A DNA stretch of 64,000 bases from Chloroflexota bacterium (GTDB lineage: Bacteria > Chloroflexota > UBA11872 > VXNJ01). The position numbers and the translations under genes were made by a program. Of the stretch, positions 25,667 through 35,409 are shown in pieces. The notes beneath the pieces are model-generated. The model did not search any database and was not told where the DNA came from. It worked only from the letters and a program-made list of their open reading frames with translations. The DNA is taken from positions 2,221,826-2,285,825 of the forward strand of contig OZ253449.1 in NCBI GenBank assembly GCA_965261345.1. The letters run 5' to 3'. The stretch's first letter is position 1, and every line of letters begins with the position of its first letter.

Positions 25667-28240
25667 GTGAACGATCGCCGGCCGTTTACGATTGCCATGC
25701 CGCCGCCGAACCTGACCGGCGCCCTCCACTACGGGCACGTGGCGTTTGTGACGTTCCAGGACTTAATGACCCGTTGGCAGCGCATGCGCGGCACTCCGAC
25801 GCTCTGGTTGCCGGGTACCGATCACGCCGCGATCGCCACCAACGCGGTGCTGGTTGCCCAACTTGCCAAAGAGGGCAAATCGCGCGAGGAGATCGGCCGG
25901 CCTGCGTTTGAGGCCATGTTCTGGGAATGGATGGCCACGAGCGGGGCGCGGATTCGCTCGCAGCTGCGCCTGGCGGGAGCCTCGTGCGACTGGTCGCGCG
26001 AACGATTTACGATGGACGCCGGGCTCAGTCGGGCGGTCAACGCTGCTTTCGTCGAGCTCTACGAGCGCGGTCTCATCTACCGTGGAAACTACCTGGTCAA
26101 TTGGGATCCGGTCGACCAGACGGCGATCTCCGATATCGAGGTCGAATACCGGGACGTCGAATCATTCCTCTGGACGGTTCGCTACCCACTGGTTGATGGC
26201 GGCCACATTGAAGTTGCCACAACGCGGCCCGAGACCATCCTGGGCGATACCGCAATCGCGGTCAATCCCGACGATGAGCGCTATGCCCACCTGGTTGGAA
26301 GGTTGGCCCGGGTGCCGGTGATCGACCGGCAGATTCCGATTGTTGCCGATTCCTACGTGGACAGGGATTTTGGCTCCGGTGCGGTCAAGGTCACGCCCGC
26401 TCACGATCCCAACGACTATGCGATCGGGCAGCGCCACGACCTGACGATGATCAACATCCTCAATCGCGACGGGACGCTCAACGGTAACGCCGGCCCGTTC
26501 GTCGGGCAGGATCGTTTGGAAGCGCGCGAAAACCTGGTTGAGTGGCTGCGCGCCAACGACCTGGTCGCCAGCTGCCGCCCGCACAGCCACGCGGTGGGTC
26601 ACGGTCAGCGCTCGGGGGCGGTGATCGAACCGATGCTCTCGCGGCAATGGTTCGTTAGCACCAGCTCGATGGCCGCCAAGGCCGCCGCCGCGGTGCGCTC
26701 GGGCGCTATCTCGTTTCACCCCGAACGCTTTGCTCAGGTCTTCCTGCACTGGATGGACAACATCCGCGACTGGTGCATCTCGCGCCAGATCTGGGTCGGC
26801 CATCGGGTCCCGGTCTGGTACTGCTCGCAATGCCCCGACCCGATCGTGCGGACCAGCCCGCCGGAAAACTGTCCGAGCTGCGGGGGCAGCGTTACCCAGG
26901 ACGGCGACGTCCTTGATACCTGGTTTAGCTCGGGCCTGTGGACGTTTTCCACCCTGGGTTGGCCAGACCGGACCGAGGACCTGTCGTACTTCCACCCGAC
27001 CACGGTGATGGAGACCGGCTACGACATCATATTTTTCTGGGTGGCGCGGATGGCCATGCTGAGCCTCGAGTTGCTCGACCAGATCCCTTTTGAGCACGTC
27101 TATCTCAATGGCCTGCTGCGCCGCGCCGACGGATCCAAGGTTTCTAAGTCCAATCCCCAGCCGGGCGATGATCCGGCCGATGTAATTGAGCAATTCGGAG
27201 CCGACGCGGTGCGATTTTTCATCGCCACCGGGTCGGCTCCCGGCAACGATATGAAGCTCTCGCTGGAGCGGCTAACCGGCGCTCGCAACTTTGCCAACAA
27301 GCTCTGGAACGCGACCCGCTTCGTCCTTGCCGCGCAGCGGTCTGCGGCCGGTCAGCTGGCCCCACCGTCGGCCTTTGACCAATGGATCCTGCACCGTGCC
27401 GCGGCAACCGTGGAGCGGGTTTCCACCCTGCTATCGCGTTTTCAGTTCGGTGAGGCCGGACAGCTAGTCCACGACCTGCTATGGGACGACTTTTGTGACT
27501 GGTATATCGAGGCCGCCAAGCTGCGACTGGCCGGGTCCGACGGACCGGCTGCGGCCCGGGCCGCCCACACTCTCAAAACCGTCCTGATCACCGGGTTAAA
27601 ACTTCTCCACCCCTACATGCCGTTCGTGACCGAAGCGCTCTGGGGGCACCTTCACCCCGACGGCGGTGCGGGTGCGCTGATAACCGCGCGCTGGCCCGAA
27701 TCCGAGCCCGAGGATCTGCAACGATCCGCGGTGGCCAAGAACGTGGACGCCCTGCAGGCGGCGATTAAGGCAATCCGGCGAAAGCGTGCGGATTTCCGGA
27801 TCGATCCTGGGACGCAGATTAGCGCTGAGATCGTGCCTGGCGCCGCCGAAGTCCAGGCGCGGGCCGAGGCGCCGGTGATCGAGCGCCTGGCGGGAATCTC
27901 CGATCTACGGATCAGTGCCGCCCAACCGGCCGCGACCGAACCGTCGGCCGGATCGATAATGCGCCGGCACGATCGCCGCTGCGCCTTCATCGTCGCGGCC
28001 GGAATCGCCGTCTATTTGCCGTTGGAAGAGTTGCTCGACTTTGCGGCCGAACGCGAACGGGCCCGTTCGCAGGCAGATGTCTTAGAGGCCAGCGTCAAGC
28101 GTCTGGCCGGGTTGCTGGCCAACCCCGGGTTTGTGGGCAAGGCGCCAGCCGATGTGGTCGAGCAACGCCGCCGGCAGCTCTCCGAAGCGCGCGCCGACCT
28201 GGCCCAACTCAACCAATTCATCGCCGAATTAGAAGCCTGA
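25667..28240 (+). CDS. valS: Valine--tRNA ligase
   Basis: PPPNLTGALHYGHV (HIGH region), KVSKSNPQ (KMSKS-like), editing and anticodon-binding domains, C-terminal coiled coil. The family-typical N-terminus (…SPYDPGAVEPEIYAAWEASGAF…) lies in frame upstream of the first GTG (25667) with no canonical start codon back to the stop at 25535. The true start is unresolved (CTG 25586?). Confidence 0.9.
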   Translation: MNDRRPFTIAMPPPNLTGALHYGHVAFVTFQDLMTRWQRMRGTPTLWLPGTDHAAIATNAVLVAQLAKEGKSREEIGRPAFEAMFWEWMATSGARIRSQLRLAGASCDWSRERFTMDAGLSRAVNAAFVELYERGLIYRGNYLVNWDPVDQTAISDIEVEYRDVESFLWTVRYPLVDGGHIEVATTRPETILGDTAIAVNPDDERYAHLVGRLARVPVIDRQIPIVADSYVDRDFGSGAVKVTPAHDPNDYAIGQRHDLTMINILNRDGTLNGNAGPFVGQDRLEARENLVEWLRANDLVASCRPHSHAVGHGQRSGAVIEPMLSRQWFVSTSSMAAKAAAAVRSGAISFHPERFAQVFLHWMDNIRDWCISRQIWVGHRVPVWYCSQCPDPIVRTSPPENCPSCGGSVTQDGDVLDTWFSSGLWTFSTLGWPDRTEDLSYFHPTTVMETGYDIIFFWVARMAMLSLELLDQIPFEHVYLNGLLRRADGSKVSKSNPQPGDDPADVIEQFGADAVRFFIATGSAPGNDMKLSLERLTGARNFANKLWNATRFVLAAQRSAAGQLAPPSAFDQWILHRAAATVERVSTLLSRFQFGEAGQLVHDLLWDDFCDWYIEAAKLRLAGSDGPAAARAAHTLKTVLITGLKLLHPYMPFVTEALWGHLHPDGGAGALITARWPESEPEDLQRSAVAKNVDALQAAIKAIRRKRADFRIDPGTQISAEIVPGAAEVQARAEAPVIERLAGISDLRISAAQPAATEPSAGSIMRRHDRRCAFIVAAGIAVYLPLEELLDFAAERERARSQADVLEASVKRLAGLLANPGFVGKAPADVVEQRRRQLSEARADLAQLNQFIAELEA

Positions 28241-28242
28241 GC

Positions 28243-29850
28243 ATGTCGATGGCCGAACCGGCGGCGATCCCCGCATTCCAGATCTCTCTCTTCGAACGCC
28301 TGTTCGCCTCGATCGCCCAGGAGATGGGAATTACCCTGCAACGCTCCTCGTTCTCGCCCAACATCAAGGAGCGGCGCGATTTTTCATGCGCGGTATTTGA
28401 TCGCCAGGGCCGGATCATTTCGCAGGCTGAACACATTCCGGTCCACCTGGGAGCGATGCCGATGTCGGTCGCCGCGGCAATGGAGCTCTTTGAGCGCGAT
28501 CGCGCCGTCCCCGGCGACTTGGTGATCCTCAACGACCCCTATCGCGGCGGCACCCATCTGCCCGACATTACGACCGTCTCGCCGATCTACGTCCCGACCG
28601 AGACCGGCCCGGAGATGTTCGGCTATGCGGCCACCCGCGCCCACCACGCCGATGTCGGGGGAATGAGCCCGGGGTCGATGGCGATCGCGCGGGAGATCTA
28701 CCAGGAAGGGCTAATCATCCCGCCGGTCAAGCTGGTGCGTTCAGGAATCGTCGACCCGGGGATGATGGACCTAATCACGCGCAACGTACGCACCCCCGAC
28801 GAGCGTCGCGGCGACCTGACCGCGCAGTTGGCGGCGCACCGGGTGGCCGATCGCCGCACCGCCGATATCGCCGACCGCTATGGGCTCGCGCGGCTGCTGG
28901 CAATCTCGGGCGAGCTGATCGCTTACTCTAATCGCTTAGCACGCGCCCGCATCGCGAAGCTGCCACACGGCAGCTTCGCATTTACCGATTGCCTCGATGA
29001 CGACGGGGTCAGCGAGCAGCCGATCCCGATATCAGTCCGGGTAACCATCGGTCCGGACGGGCTCGAATTTGATTTTGCCGGCACCAGCGGTCCGGTTGTT
29101 GGGTCGCTGAACGCTCCGGCCTCGGTGGCCCGCTCGGCGGTTTACTACGTGTTGCGTTGCATTGTCGGGATGGATGTGCCGGCCAATGACGGGCTCTACA
29201 GCGCGGTTTCAATAAACGTGCCCGAGGCCAGTCTGCTGGACCCGCAGATCCCGCGTCCGGTGGCCGGCGGCAACGTCGAAACCTCGCAGCGGGTAGTCGA
29301 CGTCCTCTGGGGAGCGCTGGCGCAGGCCCTGCCCGATCTGGTTCCGGCGGCCGGCCAGGGAACCATGAACAACGTGACCCTGGGCGGGTACGACCACCAG
29401 CGCGGTCGGCCATTTGCCTATTACGAAACGATGGGCGGTGGTGGTGGTGGCGGTCCGCGGCGAGCCGGCGCATCGGGAATTCACGTGGCCATGAGCAATA
29501 CCTGGAACAGCCCGGTCGAAGCGCTCGAACACGCCCTGCCGGTCCAGGTCGAGTGCTACGCGCTGCGTCCCGGCTCGGGTGGAAAGGGTGCCCACCCGGG
29601 TGGGATGGGCCTCCGACGCGACATAAAGGTGCTCACCGAGACCGTTGTCACCCTGCTCGGCGAGCGCCGCCGCAACCGCCCCTGGGGACTGGCCGGCGGC
29701 GGCCCGGGCGAACTTGGTTCGGATTACCTGCGCCGTGACGGGAAATGGGAGCCGGTCCCGGCCAAGGCCAGCATCACCCTGCAGGCGGGCGAGGTGATCT
29801 CGCTGCGCTCACCGGGCGGGGGCGGATGGGGCAGTCCGGCGGGGTCATAG
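28243..29850 (+). CDS. Hydantoinase B/oxoprolinase-family protein (HyuB-like)
   Basis: Family core …[21 protein letters not shown]… 535 aa. No hyuA-like partner adjacent. Confidence 0.85.
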   Translation: MSMAEPAAIPAFQISLFERLFASIAQEMGITLQRSSFSPNIKERRDFSCAVFDRQGRIISQAEHIPVHLGAMPMSVAAAMELFERDRAVPGDLVILNDPYRGGTHLPDITTVSPIYVPTETGPEMFGYAATRAHHADVGGMSPGSMAIAREIYQEGLIIPPVKLVRSGIVDPGMMDLITRNVRTPDERRGDLTAQLAAHRVADRRTADIADRYGLARLLAISGELIAYSNRLARARIAKLPHGSFAFTDCLDDDGVSEQPIPISVRVTIGPDGLEFDFAGTSGPVVGSLNAPASVARSAVYYVLRCIVGMDVPANDGLYSAVSINVPEASLLDPQIPRPVAGGNVETSQRVVDVLWGALAQALPDLVPAAGQGTMNNVTLGGYDHQRGRPFAYYETMGGGGGGGPRRAGASGIHVAMSNTWNSPVEALEHALPVQVECYALRPGSGGKGAHPGGMGLRRDIKVLTETVVTLLGERRRNRPWGLAGGGPGELGSDYLRRDGKWEPVPAKASITLQAGEVISLRSPGGGGWGSPAGS

Positions 29851-29895
29851 GATCGATGTCCGGGTCTGCCCGCGCAGCGGTTATTTAGTTATCGG

Positions 29896-30639
29896 GTGCG
29901 GGCATTGACCACTCCATCTGCTAGCGACCATTCCGATTGCCTGATCGCCCGGCTGCGGGCCGCCGCCAGCGCCAGCGGTGACTTGGTGGTCATCGGGAGC
30001 GCTGCTACCGGACCCGAAATTGCCCAGGAACTGACCCGGCCGCTGGCGGCCCGCCTGGCCGGCGACGTGCGATCCGCCCGCCTGGAGATCGAGTTTGCGG
30101 GTCCGGCCGTCGGCTTGCCGATCGCGCGGTTCGGGGCCGACGAGATACGTCAGTTGATTAGGTTTGATGCGGTGCCCCGATTTGGTCCAAGCTCGCCCGA
30201 TACCCGCTGCCGGCCGGTGGGCGAATTGACAGTCGATCGTTTCGCCGATTTTTTCGAGGCCGTATTTGAACCCGCTCAACTCGGGCTCGGCAGTTGCGCC
30301 GAGATCGCCGAGTTGGCCCGGAAGCTGCATGCAGGTCGCCCGATCGAGGGCCGGACCGATTACCGCGGGGCTGTAATCGAAGTCGGCGGCCGCGCGGCCG
30401 GACTGCTGTTTCTGGCCGGATTCGGCGCAACCCGGCGGATCGGTTTTATGGGAGTTGAGCCAGGGCTGCGCAAGAACCCGGGGATGCGCGCGGTGCTGGC
30501 GGCCGGGACCAACTGGATTAGCGACCAGGGAGTGGTGGCGCTTCTGGCCGAAGTGGCCTTGGGCAACCCGGTTTCGCTCCGGTTTGTAAAGCGGCTCGGC
30601 GGCCGCGCGGCCGGATCGCGGATCATTTACCGCTTCTAG
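29896..30639 (+). CDS. Hypothetical protein, possibly acyl-CoA N-acyltransferase (GNAT)-like C-terminus
   Basis: GTG-start ORF of 247 aa. The C-terminal …GVVALLAEVALGNPVSLRFVKRLGG… is weakly reminiscent of the GNAT fold. Assignment is tentative. Confidence 0.45.
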   Translation: MRALTTPSASDHSDCLIARLRAAASASGDLVVIGSAATGPEIAQELTRPLAARLAGDVRSARLEIEFAGPAVGLPIARFGADEIRQLIRFDAVPRFGPSSPDTRCRPVGELTVDRFADFFEAVFEPAQLGLGSCAEIAELARKLHAGRPIEGRTDYRGAVIEVGGRAAGLLFLAGFGATRRIGFMGVEPGLRKNPGMRAVLAAGTNWISDQGVVALLAEVALGNPVSLRFVKRLGGRAAGSRIIYRF

Positions 30640-30641
30640 CC

Positions 30642-31211
30642 TCAGCCGTCCCCGAGCCGAGCGCTTGCCAGCACGCGGTAGATCGGCCCCGACGAAAGCA
30701 GCCGACTCGACATCAGGTCGATCCGCCGGGCAATCATGCCAAGCTCGAGGTCAGCCAAAGCCGCCGCCGCGACCAGACCGAGTTCTTTGCGCTCGGCCCG
30801 CCCCAGCGAACGCCGGACCCGGGCGATTGTCAGATGCGGCCGGAAGCTAGATTGCGCCAGCGGCAGTCCGACGTCCGCCAGCCGGGACAGCAGGCGCGCG
30901 CGGAGCTGGCAAAGCTGCTTGATGTGTCCGGAAACCGCCAGCGTGATCACCCGGCCCGAAAAGACTGGATTGGCGATCGCTGGGCGGAAACGCAGCTCCA
31001 GTGGAGCCGACCCGGCCGCCGATGCGTTGAGGGCAGCGCCAATAAATTCCTGCTGGGCCGGTTCGATATCGCCCAGGAACGCCAATGTCAGGTGGAGATT
31101 GCCGGGGGGAACCAGCCGCAGCTGGTGGTGATGAGGTTGCAGCGACGCAGTCGCCGTGCCAATCGCCCGGGCACTGCATGCGGGCAGCCCGATTGCCACG
31201 AACGCCCTCAT
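30642..31211 (-). CDS. thpR: RNA 2',3'-cyclic phosphodiesterase (2H phosphoesterase, LigT/ThpR)
   Basis: Two H-x-T-x motifs (HLTLAFLG and HLTIARV) with appropriate spacing. Overlaps the hemW stop by 4 nt. Confidence 0.75.
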   Translation of the reverse strand: MRAFVAIGLPACSARAIGTATASLQPHHHQLRLVPPGNLHLTLAFLGDIEPAQQEFIGAALNASAAGSAPLELRFRPAIANPVFSGRVITLAVSGHIKQLCQLRARLLSRLADVGLPLAQSSFRPHLTIARVRRSLGRAERKELGLVAAAALADLELGMIARRIDLMSSRLLSSGPIYRVLASARLGDG

Positions 31212-32422
31212 CGGCCGGCCGCTGCGCTCGGCAGTAGCGCCGCTCCCAGGCCGTCGGCCACGTACATACCGTAGTCGGTCGGGGCGATTTGGGCGCCGCT
31301 AACGTTCAACAGCCCGGCATTGGCCAACTCGGCGATGCGTTCACCGTGCTCGGCAAACAGGTCGTAGTCAAATTGGCGGGCGAGCTGATCGGCGTCCAGC
31401 CCGACGGCGGTGCGCAGCGGCAGGGTGAGTGCCTCCAGCAGCAGGTCGGCGGGGGCGAGGGTTTCCGACCCGGCCACGATCGAATGACCAGATTCGAGCA
31501 GCGTTCGGTAACGGCGCGGATCTTTGACTAAGTGGTAACGACGCTTACCGATGAATCCGTGGCCGCCGCAACCCAGTGGCAGGTAGCGGTGACCGGCCCA
31601 GACGTTGGAGTTGTGGCGGCAGGCGAAACCTGGGCGGGCCCAGTTCGAGGTCTCGTAGTGGGTAAAACCGGCCTGCCCCAGCACCGCCAGCGCCAGCTGG
31701 TAGAACTCCGACATCTCGTCCCCCTTGACCAGGGTCCCCAGCCTTTGGGCTCGCCGTCGGGCACGCGGTGAATCCAGGGTCAGGGCGTAACAGGAGATGT
31801 GGTTGACCGGAAGGTCGGCGGCCCGTTCAAGATCGCCCCGCCAGGCCGCCAGGTTCTGCCCCGGAGTGCCGTATATCAGATCGAGCGAGACCGATTCAAA
31901 TCCGCCGTTACCGGCCAGTTCGCAGGCCAATTGGGCCTGCTTTGCGCTGTGGCCGCGGTCGAGCTGACCCAATCTCCGGTCGGCGAAGGACTGGACCCCC
32001 AAGCTGATACGATTGGCGCCGGCGGCAGCCAGGCCCGCAAGCAGCCCTGCGGTAATGTCCTGGGGATTGGTCTCGACCGAAATCTCGGCTGTTGGCTGGC
32101 ACGCAAAGCTGGCCGCTACGGCCGCCAGCAGATCGGCCAGCCCGGTCGCACCGGCCAGGCTCGGGGTGCCGCCGCCAACGTAGATGGTCGAGATCTGAGG
32201 GGCCGGGTCGGCATATTCGCCCACCTGGACAATTTCGCTCGCCAGCGCCGCCAGGTAGGCTTCGCGATCGACGGGAGAACCAACGGCCACGTTGAAATCG
32301 CAATACCAGCAGTGGTGGTGGCAGTAAGGAAAGTGGAGGTAGAGTCCGATCGGACCGGCGCTGGCGGGTTCGGCCCGATTGGCAAAAACATGCGGGTTGC
32401 CCGGTGGCGCAGCTTGGTTCAA
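31208..32422 (-). CDS. hemW: Radical SAM heme chaperone HemW (HemN-like, oxygen-independent coproporphyrinogen oxidase family)
   Basis: CxxxCxxC radical-SAM motif in LYLHFPYCHHHCWYCDF, plus the HemN C-terminal domain. Confidence 0.85.
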   Translation of the reverse strand: MNQAAPPGNPHVFANRAEPASAGPIGLYLHFPYCHHHCWYCDFNVAVGSPVDREAYLAALASEIVQVGEYADPAPQISTIYVGGGTPSLAGATGLADLLAAVAASFACQPTAEISVETNPQDITAGLLAGLAAAGANRISLGVQSFADRRLGQLDRGHSAKQAQLACELAGNGGFESVSLDLIYGTPGQNLAAWRGDLERAADLPVNHISCYALTLDSPRARRRAQRLGTLVKGDEMSEFYQLALAVLGQAGFTHYETSNWARPGFACRHNSNVWAGHRYLPLGCGGHGFIGKRRYHLVKDPRRYRTLLESGHSIVAGSETLAPADLLLEALTLPLRTAVGLDADQLARQFDYDLFAEHGERIAELANAGLLNVSGAQIAPTDYGMYVADGLGAALLPSAAAGR

Positions 32423-32463
32423 GCACCGCCCCGATCAACGTTTAAAACCCGTGGATTTGATAA

Positions 32464-33348
32464 TTGCCGGTCGGCCCCAGCGGCCCGCAATTTCTCAGAC
32501 CGCGCCAGCTTGCCCTGATCATCGATTCCCATACCCACATTTTTCCACCGCGGCAGATTGCCGGACGGGCGGCGATCGCGCGGCGCGAGCCCTGGTTCGG
32601 AGTGCTCTATGGGTCCGGCGGCCGGATGGCGACCGCCGAGCGGCTTCTGGAAGAGATGGATCGTTCCGGGATCGAGCGTTCACTGGCCTTTGGTTTTGGT
32701 TGGCGCGACCCCCATCTCTGCCGCGAGCAAAACGAATACTTGGTCGAATCGGCCGAGCGCTCGGCCGGCCGAATAAGGGTGGCAATCACCGTTCCGATGG
32801 GTGAAGCAGCGGCGGCCGAAGCCGAACTGGACCACTTTGCGAATGCCCCGATCGCCGGGGTTGGCGAGCTCTACGCCGGCGCCCAGGGGTTCGACCTCGG
32901 GACGCTGGCGCAGGATTCTTGCCTACCCCAGATCTGCCGCCAGAACGACCTGATCCTGTGTGTACACGTTTCCGAGCCGGCCGGCCACAACTACCCGGGC
33001 AAGGACTTGACCGGGCCGCGCAGCATCGGAAAATTTATCGCCGGCATGCCGCCCGGCCTGCGCCTGCAACTACCGCACTGGGGGGCCGGCTTTGGAATCT
33101 ACGAGTCCATGCCCGAGGTGGCGGCGGCGACCGCCTCAGTGCGCTATGACTGTGCCGCTTCGCACCTTCTCTACGACCGCCGCATCTATCACCTGATGTC
33201 CCAGATCGCCCCGCAGCGGATCATGTTCGGATCGGATTTCCCCTTAACCGGCCAAGCGCGGATGCTGGCCCGCGTAAAAAAGATCGGGCTGCCCGCGGAC
33301 TTATTAACGGCGTTCCTAGGTGGCAACGCCGCCGCCTGGGGGATCTAG
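32464..33348 (+). CDS. Amidohydrolase-2-family metal-dependent hydrolase (TIM barrel)
   Basis: N-terminal IIDSHTHIFPP metal-binding His-x-His and the amidohydrolase-type barrel. Confidence 0.7.
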   Translation: MPVGPSGPQFLRPRQLALIIDSHTHIFPPRQIAGRAAIARREPWFGVLYGSGGRMATAERLLEEMDRSGIERSLAFGFGWRDPHLCREQNEYLVESAERSAGRIRVAITVPMGEAAAAEAELDHFANAPIAGVGELYAGAQGFDLGTLAQDSCLPQICRQNDLILCVHVSEPAGHNYPGKDLTGPRSIGKFIAGMPPGLRLQLPHWGAGFGIYESMPEVAAATASVRYDCAASHLLYDRRIYHLMSQIAPQRIMFGSDFPLTGQARMLARVKKIGLPADLLTAFLGGNAAAWGI

Positions 33349-33373
33349 AGGACGATTGCAATTGCCTGACCGA

Positions 33374-33955
33374 ACGATGTTGTTGGGAACTTCGAATTCC
33401 GGCAAGGTGGACGAGCTGCGAGCGCTGCTGCAAGGCTGCGGCTGGAGGGCAGTATCTCCGGCGGATTTGGTAATCGAGTTGTCGGTTGTCGAATCCGGCG
33501 CCACCTACTCTGAAAACTCGGCCCTGAAGGCGATTGCCTACTCGCGGGCCTGTGATCTGCCGGTGCTTTCTGATGATTCAGGCCTCGAAGTTGACGCCCT
33601 TAACGGGGCCCCGGGAATCGCCTCGGCCCGCATGGCCGGCGGGAGCGACCGGGGCCGCACCGATCATCTGCTGGCCCTACTTAAGGGGGTGCCTTCGCAG
33701 CGGCGCGGCGCCCGGTTCGTCTGCATGGCAACGATCGCCCGTCAGGGCGTTGTGCTGGCCGTCGGCTGCGGGCAGCTCCGCGGCCGGATCGCTCCTGCCG
33801 CCGCCGGCGGTGGAGGTTTCGGCTACGATCCAGTGTTCCTGCCCGACGGTTGCGCTATCACTCTGAGCGAGCTCGGGAAAGATTACAAGAACGAGATCTC
33901 ACATCGTCGCCAGGCGGTCGTCGAAGTGCTGAAAATCCTTGCCGACAAGACCTAG
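33374..33955 (+). CDS. rdgB: Non-canonical purine NTP pyrophosphatase (RdgB/Ham1 family)
   Basis: MLLGTSNSGKVDE…SDDSGLEVDALNGAPG…GFGYDPVF. The ORF track starts at 33320, but the family N-terminus begins at the ATG at 33374. Confidence 0.8.
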   Translation, partial: TMLLGTSNSGKVDELRALLQGCGWRAVSPADLVIELSVVESGATYSENSALKAIAYSRACDLPVLSDDSGLEVDALNGAPGIASARMAGGSDRGRTDHLLALLKGVPSQRRGARFVCMATIARQGVVLAVGCGQLRGRIAPAAAGGGGFGYDPVFLPDGCAITLSELGKDYKNEISHRRQAVVEVLKILADKT

Positions 33956-34805
33956 GCGTCCGGATTCGGGTCGCCGCCGGGCCGGGGCTCCGCGCGGATT
34001 TCGACCGCGCCGCGCGCGCGGCCAGAATCTGCTAATCGACCAGGAGATAGTGGAACGCATCGTGACCGTCGCGGGGATCGATGCTACCAGCAACGTGCTT
34101 GAAATCGGCGCCGGGTCGGGTGTGCTCACGCGCGCCCTGGCCGCCCGCGCCGGGCAGGTCTTGGCAATCGAGGTGGAGGCCGAGTTGACGATCCAACTGC
34201 GCCAGGAACTGAAAGGCTACGACAACCTGAAAGTAATCCGCGGCGACGCCCGTACGATCGACCTGGCCACCTTCTTTCCCGGCTGCAAGTACAAACTGGT
34301 CGCCAATCTCCCTTACTCAGTGGGCACACCAATGCTGGTGGACGCAATCCGCGCCGACCACCGGCCCGACCAGATAACGGTCATGCTGCAGCGCGAGGTG
34401 GCTGAGCGGATCTGCGCCCTCCCCGGGGACTGGTCGACTCTGACGGTTATGACCCGACCCTTCGGTGATCCCCATATCGCCTTCGGCGTCCCGCCGTCGG
34501 CCTTCTGGCCCAAGCCCAAGGTCGCCTCGGCGGTAGTGAGCATTACCACCAACGACCGCGATCGCTCCGATCCGGCGACCGCGATCGCAATATTCCTGGC
34601 CCGCCACGCCTTTGCCCAGCGCCGCAAGAAGCTGGCAAATTCACTGGCCGCCGGGCTGCACCTGGAGCGGCCGCCGATCCTGGAGCTGCTCACTGCCGCC
34701 GGCCTTGATCCAAACGATCGTCCGGCCAACCTGGACATGGACCAGTGGTTTCGTTTGGCGGAAACGTTCCGAGCCCAAGAAAGCCTGCCGCATGGGCTGG
34801 CTTGA
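33939..34805 (+). CDS. rsmA: 16S rRNA (adenine1518/1519-N6)-dimethyltransferase
   Basis: GQNLLIDQEIVERIV…VLEIGAGSGVLT SAM-binding motif and KsgA core. Overlaps the rdgB end. Confidence 0.85.
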   Translation: MPTRPRRPDSGRRRAGAPRGFRPRRARGQNLLIDQEIVERIVTVAGIDATSNVLEIGAGSGVLTRALAARAGQVLAIEVEAELTIQLRQELKGYDNLKVIRGDARTIDLATFFPGCKYKLVANLPYSVGTPMLVDAIRADHRPDQITVMLQREVAERICALPGDWSTLTVMTRPFGDPHIAFGVPPSAFWPKPKVASAVVSITTNDRDRSDPATAIAIFLARHAFAQRRKKLANSLAAGLHLERPPILELLTAAGLDPNDRPANLDMDQWFRLAETFRAQESLPHGLA

Positions 34806-35409
34806 CCGTTTTCGATCGGGTGAGCGACCGGTCCGACTGGTGGCCTTTCTGGGCAATCCCGGCGCCAAGCATGCCAGGTCGCGCCACAATGTTGGCTGGC
34901 GGGTGGGCCGGGCGGCGCTAGCCTCCCGACCCGGCGCCAAAACCCGGCGGCGCTACCAATCCGAATTTGCAATCTGCCAGTTGGGGTCGTACCCGTCCGC
35001 CCTGCTCTTTCCGCATACATATATGAATGAATCGGGCCGGGCGGTCCGAGCGGCGCTGAAGGGATTGCGGCTCGAGCCGCAACAGCTGGTCGTGGTGCAC
35101 GACGATCTCGACCTTGGATTTGCCACCCTGCGCATTCGTTGCGGTGGGTCGGCCGGTGGCAACCGCGGGGTTGAATCGATCATCGGGGCGGTCGGCGACC
35201 ACGAATTTATGCGAATCAAGCTGGGAATCGGCCGCCCGCCACCGGGTCAGGATCCGGCCAAATACGTGCTGGGAAACTTCGGCCGCGGCCAGGAACCGGC
35301 GGCGGCAAGGATGATTGAGGCCGCAACCCGGGCGCTAGAGCAGGTTGGCGAGCTGCCCCCGGACCAACTTATGAACGAATTCAACCGCGACTGGGGCCGG
35401 ATGCCATGA
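34792..35409 (+). CDS. pth: Peptidyl-tRNA hydrolase
   Basis: ATG at 34792 precedes MGWLDRF…LVAFLGNPGAKHARSRHNVGW (Pth signature). Overlaps the rsmA end by 14 nt. The ORF track's extension from 34612 is not biological. Confidence 0.85.
   Translation: MGWLDRFRSGERPVRLVAFLGNPGAKHARSRHNVGWRVGRAALASRPGAKTRRRYQSEFAICQLGSYPSALLFPHTYMNESGRAVRAALKGLRLEPQQLVVVHDDLDLGFATLRIRCGGSAGGNRGVESIIGAVGDHEFMRIKLGIGRPPPGQDPAKYVLGNFGRGQEPAAARMIEAATRALEQVGELPPDQLMNEFNRDWGRMP

Noticed and set aside
26162-27193. 343-aa minus-strand ORF inside valS
   Set aside because: Antisense to valS. Low-complexity Arg/Ala/Gly-rich with no recognisable motifs.
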